Below are positions 29,532 to 47,080 of a DNA stretch of 64,000 nucleotides, one piece after another. The stretch is from the human T2T-CHM13v2.0 reference genome, Homo sapiens. How positions within the stretch are numbered: position 1 is the first letter of the stretch; each line of letters starts with the position of its first letter. The notes beneath the pieces were generated by a model. It saw only the letters and a program-made list of their open reading frames with translations. It was not told the origin of the DNA and ran no database searches. The stretch lies in the NCBI RefSeq assembly GCF_009914755.1, contig NC_060935.1; one strand, 5' to 3'. Position numbers and translations under genes: made by a program.

Positions 29532-30104
29532 TCCATTTTTAAGAACTGTAAATGGTAGCATATCTTCTTGTTTTAACAGTGGATATAATTTTGGAAGCAC
29601 CCCAAAGTGAGCTAACCCTAGAATGAAGTGGTTGACTAACTGGAGTATTATAATTTTTGTTATAAACAATTATGATGGAAAAGTACCAAAACTGTTTATT
29701 CATATAATTTGTACACTGGCTTTGAGAGAAGGACAGACATTCCAAAAGAATAGCTCCAAAAATGATTTTATAACAGCAGCCTTAGTGGGAAAAGTGTGCT
29801 GCCTGCCAAGGACCTCCTATGAAAGATGCTTATTTGAATGTTTAGTCATTTATTGAAAATTCCATCTTATTGCTGTATTGTATCTTGCACATGTGGAATA
29901 CTTGTACCAAATGAAGTATTTTCAGCATTTGTTTTTAACTTTGTAAAAATGTGTGAGAGGAAAAGTTACGTTTTGAATTTTACTTAGAATTCCAGTAAGT
30001 CAAAGTCTTCTAAGCCAATTCTATTTCACAGAGCTACCATTTTCTGTACAAAAATGAGCTACTAACTGATGAGCCCTGTAAGATTGTATAGAGTATCTTT
30101 AATC

Positions 30105-30153
30105 TTTGCAAACTATTTATCCAACAAGGGACTAATACACAGACTATACAAGG
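30105..30153 (+). repeat. 49-bp perfect inverted copy of 32274-32322
   Basis: tttgcaaactatttatccaacaagggactaatacacagactatacaagg is the exact reverse complement of 32274-32322. Confidence 0.95.
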
Positions 30154-30902
30154 TGCCATTCTATAATTTTCTGGATTACTGATAAAAGCCACTCACATTA
30201 ATGTTCAACCCCTTCTCTCTGGTGTAGAGACTGGCATTATCTACTACCCAACTAGAAACACTTATTAATTAGCTCATATATGTAGTGAACTGTGTTAGGT
30301 CTTTAGGAAACTTTAAAAAGCTTTCGTCTATTGACTTACAATTTATAAATTAAGCTAAATATATATAATATGCAAATTATTATTTTACATATATTATATA
30401 TGTAATATATAAACATATATATTTAACTTTATACAAGCCTGCATATGGTAATTATAAGCAAATTATAGAAAAAGAAGTATTACAAGGTTCAAAGGAGGTA
30501 GCAATTAGTGTTTTGTGGTTTAAGCTGTTGGATTTGAAAGCTAGTACATAGTTATTTTGGTAAATATATTTGATTGAGTGTATTTCGAGGAATAATGTAG
30601 AAAAATACGAGCTACAAAATGTGATTTGAGCCCTCTCCCAGCTCCATAACTGAATTTTAAATCTTTTATCATATATCTACAGCTCTGTTTGTATAAATGT
30701 TTCATAATGTTCCAAAGGAAAAGGTAACCCCCATTTAAGACACTCTTTTGAAAAATATCTGATGGAAAACCACCAAACCTACCTGAAAATTTCAGCAAAA
30801 GGAGAACTAATATTCCATCCAAACTGAGCATTATCTTGGAAAGAATTTAGGGAAAACAGTCACAGGAAGGAGAACATAATAGAGGTGAAGAGGCCCCTTT
30901 GT

Positions 30903-31248
30903 CTTTATTTTTAATGGTTTTATTTAGATAAAATTCACATACCATAGAATTAACCCATTCAAAGTATACAATTCAGTGGATTTTACAGACGATTCAGAGA
31001 ATTACAGAATCATCATCACAAACCCTTTTAGAATAGTTTCATCACCCCACGAAGAAACTTTGTATTCCATTAGCAGTCAGTCTTCATCTCTCTCCCTCCC
31101 TGCGTCAGTCATAGGCAAACTACTAATCTAGTCTTCACAGATTTGCCCATTCTGATGTTTCATATAAATGGAACCATATTCCCATGTTTCCTTCTAAGAG
31201 ATTTATTAATATCATTTGAGTTCTCCATTTAGGTCTATAATCCATTTT
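30903..31248 (-). mobile_element. L1MB-class element, 3' part (continues at 36582-36940)
   Basis: aattcacataccatagaattaaccc...aaagtatacaattcagtgg...tttcatataaatggaa then an ORF2 segment ending aggtctataatccatttt. Confidence 0.8.
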
Positions 31249-34200
31249 TTCCCTTTTTCTAGTTGATATTTAATAATTGTATACATTTATGGAACGTAGA
31301 ATGGTATTTCAATGTGTGTACAATGGGTAATGATCAAATCAGGGTAACAAGTGTATCAATCACCTCAAACATTTATTATTACTTTGTGTTGTGAACATTC
31401 AAAATCCTCTCATCTAGCTTTTTGAAAAGACACAATAAATTATAGTTATCCATATTCACTGTAAGGTGCTGCAGAACACCAGAACCCATTCCACCTATCT
31501 AGCTGTAATTTTTGTATCTGTTAACTAACCTCGTCCCATCTTTCTCTATCCCCTACTCTTCCCAACCTCACCCACAATTCTACTCTCCATTTCCATAAGC
31601 TCAAAATGTTTTTTTAGCACCCACATATGTGTGACAACATGTGGTTATTGATCTTTCTATGCCTGATTAGTTGTGTTTAATATAATGTACTCCAGGCTCA
31701 TTCATGTTGTTGCAAATGACACGGATGCATTCTTTTTTTATTTCATTGTGTATATGTACTGCATTTTCTTTAACCATTCATCCATTGATTGACATTTAGG
31801 TTGATTCTATATATTAGCTATTGTAAATCGTGCTGTAATAAACATGTGAGTGTCAGCAACTTTTTAATATCCTGACTTCGCTGGCTTTGGATAAATACTC
31901 AGTAGTGGGATTACTAAACTGTATGGCAGTTCTATTTATAGTTTTCTGAGAAACCTCCATGATGTTTTCCATAATGGCTGTACTAATTTACATCCTACCA
32001 ACAGTGTATAGGAGTTTCCTTTTCTCTGCATCTTTGCCAGCATTTGTTATTTTTTGTCTTTTTGATAATAGCCATTCTAACTGGAGTGACATCTCTCATT
32101 GTGGTTTTGATTTGCATTTCCCTAACAATTAGTGATGTTGAATGCTTTATTCATATATTTCTTGGCCATTTGTATGTCTCCCTTTGAGAAATGTCTGTTT
32201 AGTTTCTTTGCCCACTTTTTAAATGGGTTTTTTTTTGTTTTGTTTTGTTTTTTGCTGTTGATTTGTCTGAGTTCCTTGTATAGTCTGTGTATTAGTCCCT
32301 TGTTGGATAAATAGTTTGCAAATATTTTCTCCCGTGCTACAGGTTGTCTCATAACTGTTGATTCTTTCCTTTGCTGTGCAGAAGCTTCTTAGTTTAATAT
32401 AATCCCATTTACCTATATTTCTTTTTTGTCACCTGTGCTTTTAAAGTCTTACCCATAAAATATTTGCAAACACTAATGTCCTGAAGTGTTTCCCTATGCT
32501 TTCTTCTACTGGTTTTATCATTTTCATTTTACATTTAAGCATTTACTCCATCTTGAGTTGGTTTCTGTCTATGGTGAGAGAGAGGAGTCTACTTTCATTC
32601 TTTTGCATATGGATATCCAGTTTTCCCTTCACTATTTATTGAAGAGTGTATTCTTTACCCAATGTATGTTCTTGGATACTTTATTGAAAGTCAGTTGGCT
32701 GTAAATATGTGGATTTACTTCTCTATTCTGTTCCATTGATCTATGTGTCTGTTTTTATATCAATAGCATACTATTTTGATTACTCTTGCTTTGTAGTATA
32801 CTTTGAATCACACCACGCCAGGTGGTGTGATGCCTACAGCTTTGATCTTTTACTCAGTATTTCTTTCGCAATTAGGGTCTTTGTGGATCTCATACAAATT
32901 TTAGGATATTTTTTCAAATTCTGTAAAGAATGTCATTAATATTTTTGATAGAGATTGCATTCAATCTGAAAATTTTGGGGGGTAGTATGGCCATTTTAAC
33001 ATTATTAATTCTTCCAATCATGAGCAAGGGATGTCATTCCATTTGTTTGAGTCCTCTTCAATTTCTTTAATCAGTGTTTTATAGTCTTCATCATAGCAAT
33101 CTTTCACCCCTTTTGTTTAATTTATTCCTAGGTATTTTTTGTAGCTATTGTAAATGGCATAGTTTTCTTGATTTCTTTTTCAGCTAGTTCATTATTGGTG
33201 TGTAGAAATGCACTTTTACTGAACTTGTGTATCACTTCTAAGAGATTCTTTTTTATGGGGTCTTTAGGTTTTCTTATATACAAGATCATGTTGTTTACAA
33301 AGAGGGAAAATTTGACTTCCTGTTCTCCAATTTTCATACCTTATATTTCTTTCTCTTTCCTGATTTCTGACTAGGACTTCCAGTACTATGTTGAATAAGA
33401 GTGGTGAAAGCAGACATCTTTGTCTTGTCTCAGTTCTTAGAGGAAAGGCTTTCAGCTTTTCCCGATTCAGTATGTATGTTAGCCATGGGTTTGTCATATA
33501 TGACCCTTATTATATTGATGTATGCTCTTTCTGTGCCTAATTTGTTGAGTCTTTAACATGAAGGGATGCTGAATTTTATCAAATGCTTTTTCTGCATCTA
33601 GTAAAATGAACATTTGGCTTTTGTCCTTCATTCTATTGATGTAACATATCACATTTATTGAGTTGTGTAGGTTGAACAATCACTGAATCTCTGGGATTCC
33701 TATTTGATCACGGTAAATGATCATTTTGATGTGAAATCGGGTTTGGTTTGCTAGATTTTGTTGAGGAGTTTTGCATCTTTGTCCATCAGGAATATTGGCC
33801 TGTACTTTTCTTTTTTCTTGTGTCCTTGCCTGCTTTTGGCATAAGGGTAATGTTGGTCTCATATAATGAGTTAGGAAGAATTTCCTTCTATTTGATTCTC
33901 TGGAGTTGTTTTGACAGATTTATTTCTCCCTCATGTTTGAAAGATAGCTTTGCTGGATATAGGAGTTTTGGCTGGCAGTATTTTCCTTTCAGCACTTGGA
34001 ATAGATCATTCTCTTTTCTCTTGGGCTGTCAGACTTCTGTTGGAAAATCTGCTGTTAGTCTGATATGGCTTCCCTTACATGTAACTGAATTCTTTTCTCT
34101 TGCTGTTTGTAGAATTCTCTTTTACTGTTGCCTGTTTGACTAAAACATGCACCAGAAAAGATCTTTTTAGATGAAATATGTTTAGGAATCTTTCACCTTT

Positions 34201-36581
34201 CTGTGTCTGGATGTCTATATCTTCCAAAAGACTTGGGAAATTTTCAGTTATTATTTCATTAAATAGGTTTTCTATAGCTTTGCCCATCTCTTCTCCTTCT
34301 GAAAATCCAAATATATCTGTTTACTTTATAGCATCCCATGTGTCACATGGATGTTCTTCACTCCTTTTATTTTCTTTTGGCTTTTTAAAATTTTTTTGGT
34401 TTTTTGTTTTTATTGGGGCTGGGTTATTTTGGAAGCTCTATCTTCAAGTTTAATTATTTCTTCTGCTTGATCTAGTCTACTGTTGAAGATATCAATTGTA
34501 TTTTTAAAAATTCATTGAATTCTTCAGTTCTACAATTTCTGTTTGGTTCTTTCTTACATCTATGTCAAATTTCTCATTCAGGCCATAAATTATTTTTCTT
34601 ATTTCTTTATATTGCTTATCTGTGTTGTCTTGTATCTCACTAAGTTTCCTTAAGATCATTATTTTGAATTTTTTCGGACATTTAATAGACTTTTCTTTCT
34701 GCAGGATCTGTCACTGAAAAAGTATGTTCCTTTGTAAGTGTCATGTTTCCTTGCTTTCTCATTCTTGTGTCCTTATGTTGATACCTCTGCATCTGTCTTA
34801 ATAGTCACTTGTTCCAATTTTATGGACTGGCTTTAGTCGGGAAAGATTTTTTTCCCTGTAAGTAGATCTTTATTGTTTGTTCAGTAGGGTGTTTTGGCTT
34901 TTATTCTGGGAAAGTGCAGTAGTGTAGTCTCTGTATGATTTCTTTGGCTGTAATAAATGTGAGCAGTGAGTTCCTCAGTGACACTGGCTGCAGTTGTTGC
35001 TGGCAGCTGTGACAAGGACTTGCTGGGGACAAGGTCACCAGGTGGGCTGGTCCTTGGGCATGAGTGATGTTGCTGGTAAACTAGGCATGCCAGTCCTTGG
35101 GCCCTTGGGTAGTATACACTGGCACCAGTAATGGCTGTGGGGTGACCCAGGTAGGCTGATCCTCAAGCCCCAGGCAGCATGCTTGGACATTAGTGGTAGC
35201 TGAGGAGGGCCAGGTTGGCATGTGTTTGGGCCCCTGGACAGTGTGCATAGCACTGGCAGTGACAATAGCAGTGGCAGGGCAGCCTTGGGCCCGTGGGAGT
35301 GAAGACACCAGAAGTAGTGTTTGTAGGCTGGGCAGACCAGTCCCTAGGATCTTGGATGGAATGCCTAGATGAGGAGTACAGCAGCAGGTTGAGTGGCCTG
35401 TCTCTGGGGGCCTGGGAAGTGCACATGTGCAGTGGTAGTGACCATGACAGCAGATGGCAGCAGGTAGGCATATGTCAGTGGCAATGAACATGGTAGGCCT
35501 GTCCTCAGTCTTCTGGCTAGTGGACAAGGGGGCATGTGGTGGTGAGAAGGATGGGCTGATCCTCAGGCTTCAAAATAGTGCATACAGGCAAAGCGGGGTA
35601 GTACCACGTAAGGCGGACGAACCCTCAGGCTCCTGGATGGCATGCACAAGCATCAACAGTGGCGATCAGGGCAGGCCTGCCCTCAGGGCCCCGGATGGAT
35701 GAGCATGTGGTAGTGGTGGCAGCTATGAGTGGGGCAGGCCAATATGCAGGTATCCGGAGGGTGTATGTGGGCACTGGAGACAGTCTGCCTATGGAAGTCC
35801 TGTCCTCAGGCCCTATGAAGGTGCACACAGTTGTGAAGTTGGAGTGGAGGGGAGGTTGTTCTGAGTTGCAGCAGCCCAGAACAGGCAGCTCTAAGGCTCT
35901 GGGGAGTATCAGTACTGGGGGCAGCCACCCTGGTGTGCTATATCACCTGTTCCCCAGGGTGTAGTGCACTGCATAGGCCAGAATCCTGGGGACCAAGCCA
36001 CAATGCCAGATTTAGCTGTCATTGTGGTGTTGCAGCTTTCTAGGTGAATACAGGGGTTATAAGTGGGACTTTGGGGATGTGAAAATGCAAGGCCCGTTGG
36101 GCCTCAGGGAATAATGTAGTCTGGTGGGAGTTGGGTTCTCAAAGTGGCTCCATGCTGCAGCTGCTTTGGTCTCGGGGAGTGAGTGGGAGCCAGTGTGAGT
36201 TCCCTCTCTGCAACAATTCACTTGCACAGACCCTAGGCAGCTCCCTGTACTAGGCTAAGGGCCTGTGAGTGCTGAGTGGCTCTCTTGTGGCTAGTATTAC
36301 CAGCATCTGTGGTGGGAAAGTGGATGGCTGGGGATCTCTCACCTACCTTTTCCCCACAATGAAGACACCTTCCTCATTCCAAACCGATCCTGGCCAGGCC
36401 AGCTGCTTGGCTGCCCTCTCACTCTATGCCTCAGAGGGTCCCTGTCACTTCCTTGCTGAATTTCAGTGTTCTCTTAGATACTCTATTCAATGTGTGGTTA
36501 TCCTCTTGCTGTTTTGGTCCTTTTTTTTGTGGAGGAGGTGACTGCGGGATACTTCTAGTCAGCCACCTTGATCTTTCTCCC
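31249..36581 (-). mobile_element. L1MA4-like element with intact 5' end, internal deletion near 33915
   Basis: TSD aggtctataatccatttt (31231-31248) / aggtctacaacccatttt (36582-36599); 5' start gggagaaagatcaaggtggctgactag; ORF1 peptide ENLFNEIITENFPSL; RT peptides [14 protein letters not shown] and [13 protein letters not shown]. Confidence 0.9.
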
Positions 36582-36940
36582 AGGTCTACAACCCATTTTG
36601 AGTTAATTTTTGTATATGTTTTAAGGTAGCTGCCCAAACTTATTTTTTCACATGGAGATAGACACTTGTACTAAAAACATTTGTTGAAAAAAGACTATTC
36701 TTTCCTTGCTGAATTATCTTGGCATCCTTGTCAACAATTAATTGACCATAAAGGTAAGGGTTTATTTTTGAACACTCAATTTTATTACACTGGCCTACAT
36801 GTCTATATTTATAGCAGTACCACTGTCCAATTAAGACCACTATCTTAATTACTGTAGTTTTAAAATAAATTTTGAAATCAGAAAGTATTAGTCCTTCATA
36901 GTTCAAGGGTGTTTTATCTGTTTGGGTCTCTTGTATTTTC
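36582..36940 (-). mobile_element. Continuation of the host L1MB (ORF2)
   Basis: ORF 36640-36906 LILSDFKIYFKTTVIK...INPYLYGQLIVDKDAKIIQ (L1 ORF2p). Confidence 0.8.
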
Positions 36941-37367
<427 letters not shown>

Positions 37368-38147
37368 TCACATGCCCCAAAGCCTGGGCATTTTGTTTCA
37401 CTGTCATTTTACATAAGTAATATGACAGAAAGAACCACAGAGAATAAAAAAGATCTGCCTTTTTTTTTCTGAATCTGAAGCTATACGAGTTTTGGCAATC
37501 TTATTTTCCTTATCTATAACTCAGAGATAAGACCATCAGTTCTATCTGTTTTTAAGGATTAATTCTGAAGATAAAGTGAAACTATGTTAAATATTTCTGT
37601 AACTAGAAAGTTTCATTCCTCTATATCCTATTACATTTATTATTTCTTGAATATAATATAAAAAATTATCTCTGCAGACAGTCAAAATTTCCATTAAGTG
37701 TCTGAGAAGCAAGACTGGCACCTTAATCTATGTCCCTGGGGTAAGTATTACAGCACCACGGTGTGCATTGTACTGAAATGAGTACCCGTGGTGATGTGTA
37801 CCCAGTTCCTTTTTCTTTCCATTACTCTTTCTTCTAAACTCTATAGCACCAAAAGTAGAAGGCAGAGCTCTGCCAACTTCCCTACTTGGTGTCTTTATAA
37901 GAAATGCAGACATCATCTGGACATTCTTTTCACTTAAACCGTACAGTTTATACTAGTCCCCATAGTGCTTTTCACTTCTAGAAAACAAAGCTAATCTCCA
38001 AATAACTGGTATGTTCCCTTAAAATGGACTATATCCTACCTACAGAATTACCTAAATGAGCTATTACATATCTACTTCTATGTCCAAACCTAGCATTAAG
38101 TGAATTAACTTCCTCATTTCTATAACCTTGAGAATAAATTTAGTCCT

Positions 38148-38499
38148 TGTCTTAGCTAGGGCTGCTATAACAAAATACCACAAACTGTATGGCTTAAACA
38201 GCATTTATTTCTCATAGTTTTGGAGGTTGGAGGTCCAAAATCAGGGTGCCAGAAGGGTCGAGTTCCTGGTGAAGACCCTCTTTCAGGTTTTAGACTGCTG
38301 ACTTTTCACTGTATCCTCGCATGACAGAAAGCTAGCTAGCTAGCTCTCTTTTTCTTACACAGGCTCTAATCTCATTCCTGAGGGCTCCACCCTCATGACC
38401 TAATTACCTCCCAAAGGCTCCACCTCCAAGTACCAACACATTTGGATTAGAATTTCAACATATGGATTTTGGGGGAACATAAACATCCCATCAGTTGCA
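38148..38499 (-). mobile_element. MLT1A-type MaLR solo LTR
   Basis: tg...ca termini; TSD gtcct/gtccc; gggctgctataacaaaataccac...ccctcatgacctaattacctcccaaagg. Confidence 0.87.
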
Positions 38500-38656
38500 G
38501 TCCCCTACTTACACACAGCTTCATATAAAACCAGTCATTGCTGCTTCTCATATCTTGCTTTCTCAACCTTCAACTGACCTGACCTTTATTCTAACTCCTC
38601 CCTCTATTGTAGGTCACCTTGCCTTTGCCAAATGATTCAGTTTTTTCGAGAACGTA

Positions 38657-38980
38657 CAGTCAGCCCTCTGTATCTGTGGGCTCCACATCCATGGATTCAA
38701 CCAATTGTGAATTTAAACCACTTGAAAATAAACTGCATCTGTACTGAACATAGATAGACTTTTTTCTTGTCATTATTTCCTTAAAAATACAGTATAGCAA
38801 CTATTTACATAGCATTTACATTGTATTACGTATTCCAAGTAATCTATAGATAATTTAAAATATACACGAGGATATGCATATGTTATATGCAAAGGTTATA
38901 TGCAAATACTATACCATTTTATATCAGGAACTTGAGCATCTTTAGATTTTGGTATCTGTCAGGGATCCTGGAACAAATCC
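38657..38980 (-). mobile_element. MER2 (Tigger-derived MITE)
   Basis: ta|cagtcagccctctgtatctgtggg...catggattcaacca...ttttatatcaggaacttgagcatc...cctggaac. Confidence 0.85.
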
Positions 38981-39399
38981 AGGACTTTAAGAAGGAAAAG
39001 TACAAAAGGAAAAAATATATGATATAAAGATTAAACTTCCACAAACTAAACCCAAGATAGGCCTCTCAGCAATGACAACCAACCTGAAAGGCAATGTGCC
39101 CCAAATGTACCTTTCACATATATTGTCTAAAGCTTTCACTTCAATTCATCATCATGCCTAAATTTTCAATATTTAACAGATTTCAAAAGATAGATATCTC
39201 TTAAAACATAAATAAGTCTTGGAGAGTTATGGTTACCAGTGATTCACATCTTAGTAAAAATTAATGTAGCTAGATTGTTTACCTTTTAATGTCTATTTAA
39301 ATTCTATGAGTTATATAAAGAAATGAATTATTTGTCAGGGAAAAGATTAGATCATCTTGAATGAGAAGCAATTTGTAAAGTTGAAAAGCTTTGGCTGTA

Positions 39400-39635
39400 T
39401 ACCACATTAAAGGACTTAGGGCACTATAATGTCAATACTCATCATATATTTAGTGAGTTATATCATTTAATCTTCTTGACAAGCCTGTGAAATAGATACT
39501 ACTGTTATCTCTGTTTTATAGATGAGAAAACTGAGACTATGGGGAATTAGGAAACTTGGCTAGGAATACATCATCAAGAGGTAGAGGCAGTAGGATTTAA
39601 ACACAGGTCCATCTAAACTCAGAACCAGAGTTCTA
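39400..39635 (-). mobile_element. MIR
   Basis: tcatttaatcttc...ttttatagatgagaaaactgagac...ggatttaaacacaggtc. Confidence 0.75.
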
Positions 39636-40682
39636 GGCCTCTATGATGCCTGGCACGTATAGACCCAAGACCAGAAGTATTATGACTTATAAGGCAGATA
39701 AAAATGGATTACAAATATGTGAGAGACAAATTCCTTTGACAACCTTTGTTGGTATCAAATATTGTTCTAGGCCTAAATCTAGAAGACAAGGAGAAAAATC
39801 ACTATGTTGCCAGTCCACTCCCAGCTTTCTTCAGGCTAAAATCTTAGATGAGTACAATTCCAGGCCACTGTATTTAGATAACAGGTTTTCAGAAAGTAAC
39901 CTGAGAACATAATAAGAAATATGTCACATAAGCAGATAATTGTGTTTTGATTACAAATAGCTGATTTAAAATTGAAACATTGGAGCAGGGGCCATTCAAT
40001 AATTCTGGATGCCTTGATCACATATAAGATACATAGGTTATAAAATCTGAAAACTGTAAATTAAAATTAACCCTGGCCTCTTTTTGTCATAATTTTTAGG
40101 GACTGTAGTTCATTGTTACAATAATTTGACCTACTACTGACATTATGTAAAATTAATGAATTCAGATTAAAATGAAGGGTAAGAGTGCAGTAATTATAAA
40201 TAATCTTACATCTACAATTCAATTATCAGGCACCAAACTGTGAACCAAGATTGTCAGTGAACTGATAACTTTAAACCTGAATCCAATCCTGTGTTAAGGC
40301 TTGGTATTTTTGTATGAACATTTGAACTTCCCTGAAAAAACAGTACTTTATTACCAACAGGGGATAATAGACATTGTCTCATACTTAAATTGAGCTGGCC
40401 ATCCATGCTTAATTTATGTATTTATTCTGCTGAACCTCATCAGTCTATTTTCCCTACCCTGTTAAAAAATAAATTACAAGAAAGGTATAGTGCCAACGGA
40501 ATTGTACAATAGATTTAATTAATTGACTTCATAAAAGTTTACTAAGCATCTTTTATGCAAAAGGCATGATCAAAAATTTAAGTACTAGTCAGACAGATTC
40601 CTGTTCTCAAGAAAAGTGCATTTTTAAAAGTGAAATAAGATTCTACAAAAAATAATGACAATACAAATACCAGGTAAAAGTG

Positions 40683-41018
40683 CAGTCATACATCACCTAA
40701 CAATGTTCCAGTCAATGACCGACCACTTACACAACGGTGGTCCCATAAGATAATACCATATTTTTACTGTACCTTTTCTATGTTTAGATATGTTTAGATA
40801 CACAAATATCATCATGTTACAATTGCCTAGAGTACTCAGTACAGTATCATTCTGTACAGGTTTGCAGCTTCAGAGCAATAGGTTATACATAGCCTAGGTG
40901 TGCAGTAGGCTCTACCATCTAGATTTGTGTAAGTATACTCTATGATACTTGCACAATGATGAAATCACCTAAAAATGCTTCTCAGCAATTATCCCCATTG
41001 TTAAGTAATGCATGACTG
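40683..41018 (+). mobile_element. Tigger3a-type MITE, both ends
   Basis: cagtcat...ggtggtcccataagat...atgcatgactg|ta. Confidence 0.87.
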
Positions 41019-43199
41019 TACTGTAATCTAGCACTAATGGGAGGAGTTTCATCTAATTCAGCATAAATAAATGAAATTACATGAACTAATATGTGTAAAG
41101 TGCTTTTAATTGCTATTTTACTATTATTACTCAACATATTTAAATTTTATGAATTACTTAAGTTTATGTTTTAAAATACCAAAATATGTTTCAGTTTTAA
41201 CATATTGGGTTAAAAAGAGCTAATAATGTATACACACAGTGCTCTGCTGTTTTCCAGAGTACCCAGACATAAACATTTCTCAAAACTAAGAGTAATAGTA
41301 TGAACATTGATTTTTTTTTTTTGCTGTGATGTAATACAGCAATGCTTGCAGGGGAAAAAAGGAAAACACATGACATGAACTAAGTGTCTAGTATTTATCA
41401 AACATTTTACATATTAAATATGTACTAAAATGTATATTTTAATATTTGTTAGAGTTTCTGTCTTTCAAATTATAGGTCATTTTCCTTTATAGCCCCATTG
41501 ACATCAGGTTTTCCACTATCACATTTGCTGTCATTAGGGGCAACTCTACCCAACCATAGTGTATTTTACCATATTGTATCTAATCTGTTGTGGACTGGGA
41601 AACCAGACAACCAAGCATATTCAACTATGTATAAAGAGAGTAAGTGAGAGCATAATGAATTCTTTTTACGTGCCTGGTGACCCAGATTTTGTGGTCTATA
41701 TTTTAGCTTCTCAGAGCTTTCTATACATACTTGGCTGAGTTCACAAAACTTGAAGCTGTCAGATAATGCAACTCCATATAAAGGAGGTGCCAATGTCTAT
41801 CCTTTCACTTATTGTTCTAATGGCTGAATTAACTCACAAAAATTAAGACAGTGCATCTTCTGTTGCTGCCACTGAATATGCAATGCCATCATAAATAGCT
41901 AAAGAATACCCATCCCAACCCTCATTTCAGCTTGACTCCAGTCCAAGGGATGAATCACAGATAAGAAAGGGAAAAGCTCTACTCTTCCTGTTATAAAGAT
42001 AAATTTTAAGAAGGAGGAGGAGGAGGAGGAAGATGAGAAGAAGATTATTTGCTTATGAAGAGGAAGGAGGCAACTTCCTTCTCTTATCCTCCTGAGTCTC
42101 CTTGAAAACACAATGTGCTTGAGTCCTCGCTCTAACCTATTAGATATAAATGGTCTCCACAGGGTCTAGATAAACCCAGTCTCTAGTTTCACACTGCAAA
42201 GATGTCTCCAAGGTTGCAGACCTCATAACCCCTTGAAATATAAACATACTCTTAGAGCTAATCTAGGAGCCTATCTTGAGATGTAACTGAGGAAAGAAGA
42301 GAAATGTTATTTCATTTTCTTATTCTTTGCTGTATAAATTGTGTGAAATGTCATTCTGTCTTCAAAGGTTTTGTGTGCTGTCTACATGCACGTAGTCTGT
42401 TGTGTGTACTCAATAACAAATCAGTATTCTTTTTTCCCATATTGATGTGGATAGGTCTCTCTTTGTTGCTAGGACTTTTTACTTATAAACTTCCCATTTG
42501 TCAGCCATGTTCCCATCAACTTTCAGTTCTGAAATAATCATCTTCCCCAAAGCACCAAGCTTCAGAAACAAGTTTGGGCTCTATCACTAAGAGTCATTAC
42601 AGCTATGGTTAGCAAGTTAAAGGGATGTTCTTAGGATAATAAATACATCCCTAATTCTGAAGGCAGAGATGTGTATAAAAGAATAGCATTTAAAATTAGG
42701 ATTTCCTTTGATATATTACGTACTCAAGCTTACAATATGGTAATGCAATTTTTTCTTGAACAAACATGCTATTAAAAATGAAATGCTCAAAATCAAATAT
42801 GGGGAAATTACTCATTTAAAAAAACACTTTTATCTCATTTTTCTATATTTTATTCCCTTAACAACACTTATCATTATCTAACATTAGCTTTTATTCAACA
42901 AACCATTTCTTTCTACCAAATTTTCTGTAAAATAACAAAACTCTGATAAACTAATGGTGAAAAGAGGAAAACTTCTAAAAGCAAGTGTTAAGGGCAGTTT
43001 TGGTTTTCCTCTTCATTAAACACTGTAGAGAAATCTGTACCTAAAGACATAATAAATGAAAAATGCAAAATTATGTCGTCAGTCCCCTTCGTCAACACAG
43101 ACGACCTTAAGTGCTCTAAGAATGCAACACATAGCATCTATTGTTCTGCCCACCCCACTAATAGGTTTAGAACACTGTTTTCTTCACCAGAGTCTGTGT

Positions 43200-43442
43200 T
43201 AATAGTGGAAAGACTATATAGGCTTTGAGGTCACAGAAGATCTGTATTTAAATAAAGTATCTATTACTCACTGACCTCAAACAAGTTCCTAAGTTTCTCA
43301 TTGGTAAAATGAAGATAATACTACTACTTTCATATAATTGTTATGAGAATTGAATGAGATATAAAAAAACACATCAATAGATAAGTTTCTAGTACAAACA
43401 AGGAGGTTAAATGGTAGCTGATATTATCATCATCATCATCAT
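43200..43442 (+). mobile_element. MIR
   Basis: tagtggaaaga...ggctttgaggtcacag...gtaaaatgaagataatactac...ttgttatgagaattgaatgagat. Confidence 0.7.
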
Positions 43443-44147
43443 TTAACCATGCTCAGCATCCCAGCCAGAAGCATCTTGCTCCTGAACAGCTTCTGGATTT
43501 TATTTAACTCTGTAAAAAACAAACAAACAAACAAAAAAACCAGCCTTTTCTATTGTGAAAACTGAAAGAAGCAGCACCTCACTGAAGGAACAAAGAAACA
43601 TTTAAAACCTTTGTGGGCACTCTAAGGGAATACCCAGAGAAGAGTGATAATTGCTGTCTTCCTTAGGCAATTAATACTATACTGAACCGTTTTTGCTAGA
43701 TTAATGGGAGACTCTATTCCAATTCCTTCCCTGACCAGAAACTGGAATGAGGAGAAAATTCTCTGCAAATTGAATTTAAGAAAAGGGAGGCATGGAAGTG
43801 GCTCTGTAAACGACTCTGTTCTAACAGATCCCTGGCTGGATTTTCAGATACATTAGGACAAAAATCCTGGGAAGTGCAAACTGCTCTTTGTTTCTATGCT
43901 TTTAAACTTCTCTCTTTCATTGAGATACCTAGAGAAGATTTCTTTTGAAAAATGCTATGCTTTGTAAACTAAGAGGAAGAAAGATCTGCCAACTTTAGGG
44001 CATTTGTGAATCATCTGTGACCTGGGACAGAGGTGGCTGGGGCTGTCTCTGACTATGCTGCCCCCTCTCACTGCTTAGTCCTCAAAGATAAACTTGTAAG
44101 AGATTTGTATCGAGGCTAAACACAAAGGGAGAGTGAAAGATAATCCC

Positions 44148-46849
<2,702 letters not shown>

Positions 46850-46964
46850 GAAACATAATCCCAGACTTGAATTCTTTCTACCCAGGATTTAAAAACAAAA
46901 CTCATATGGCAATTATTATATAATTTATATATAATTATATAAAAATGCATATGGAAATTATTTC

Positions 46965-47080
46965 CTTTGTTAGAATGTAAACTTCTTGAGAAAATAAACA
47001 TTGTCTTTCTCTTTGGTTTACTCCACAGCATCTATCATAGCACCTTGCACACAGTAAATGCTGAACACATATGTGTTAAG
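46965..47080 (+). mobile_element. L2 3' end
   Basis: ttagaatgtaaacttcttgag...agcaccttgcacacagtaaatgctga. Confidence 0.55.

Noticed and set aside
35035-35964. Cluster of GC-rich ORFs
   Set aside because: Within the L1MA 5' region; stop-poor by composition
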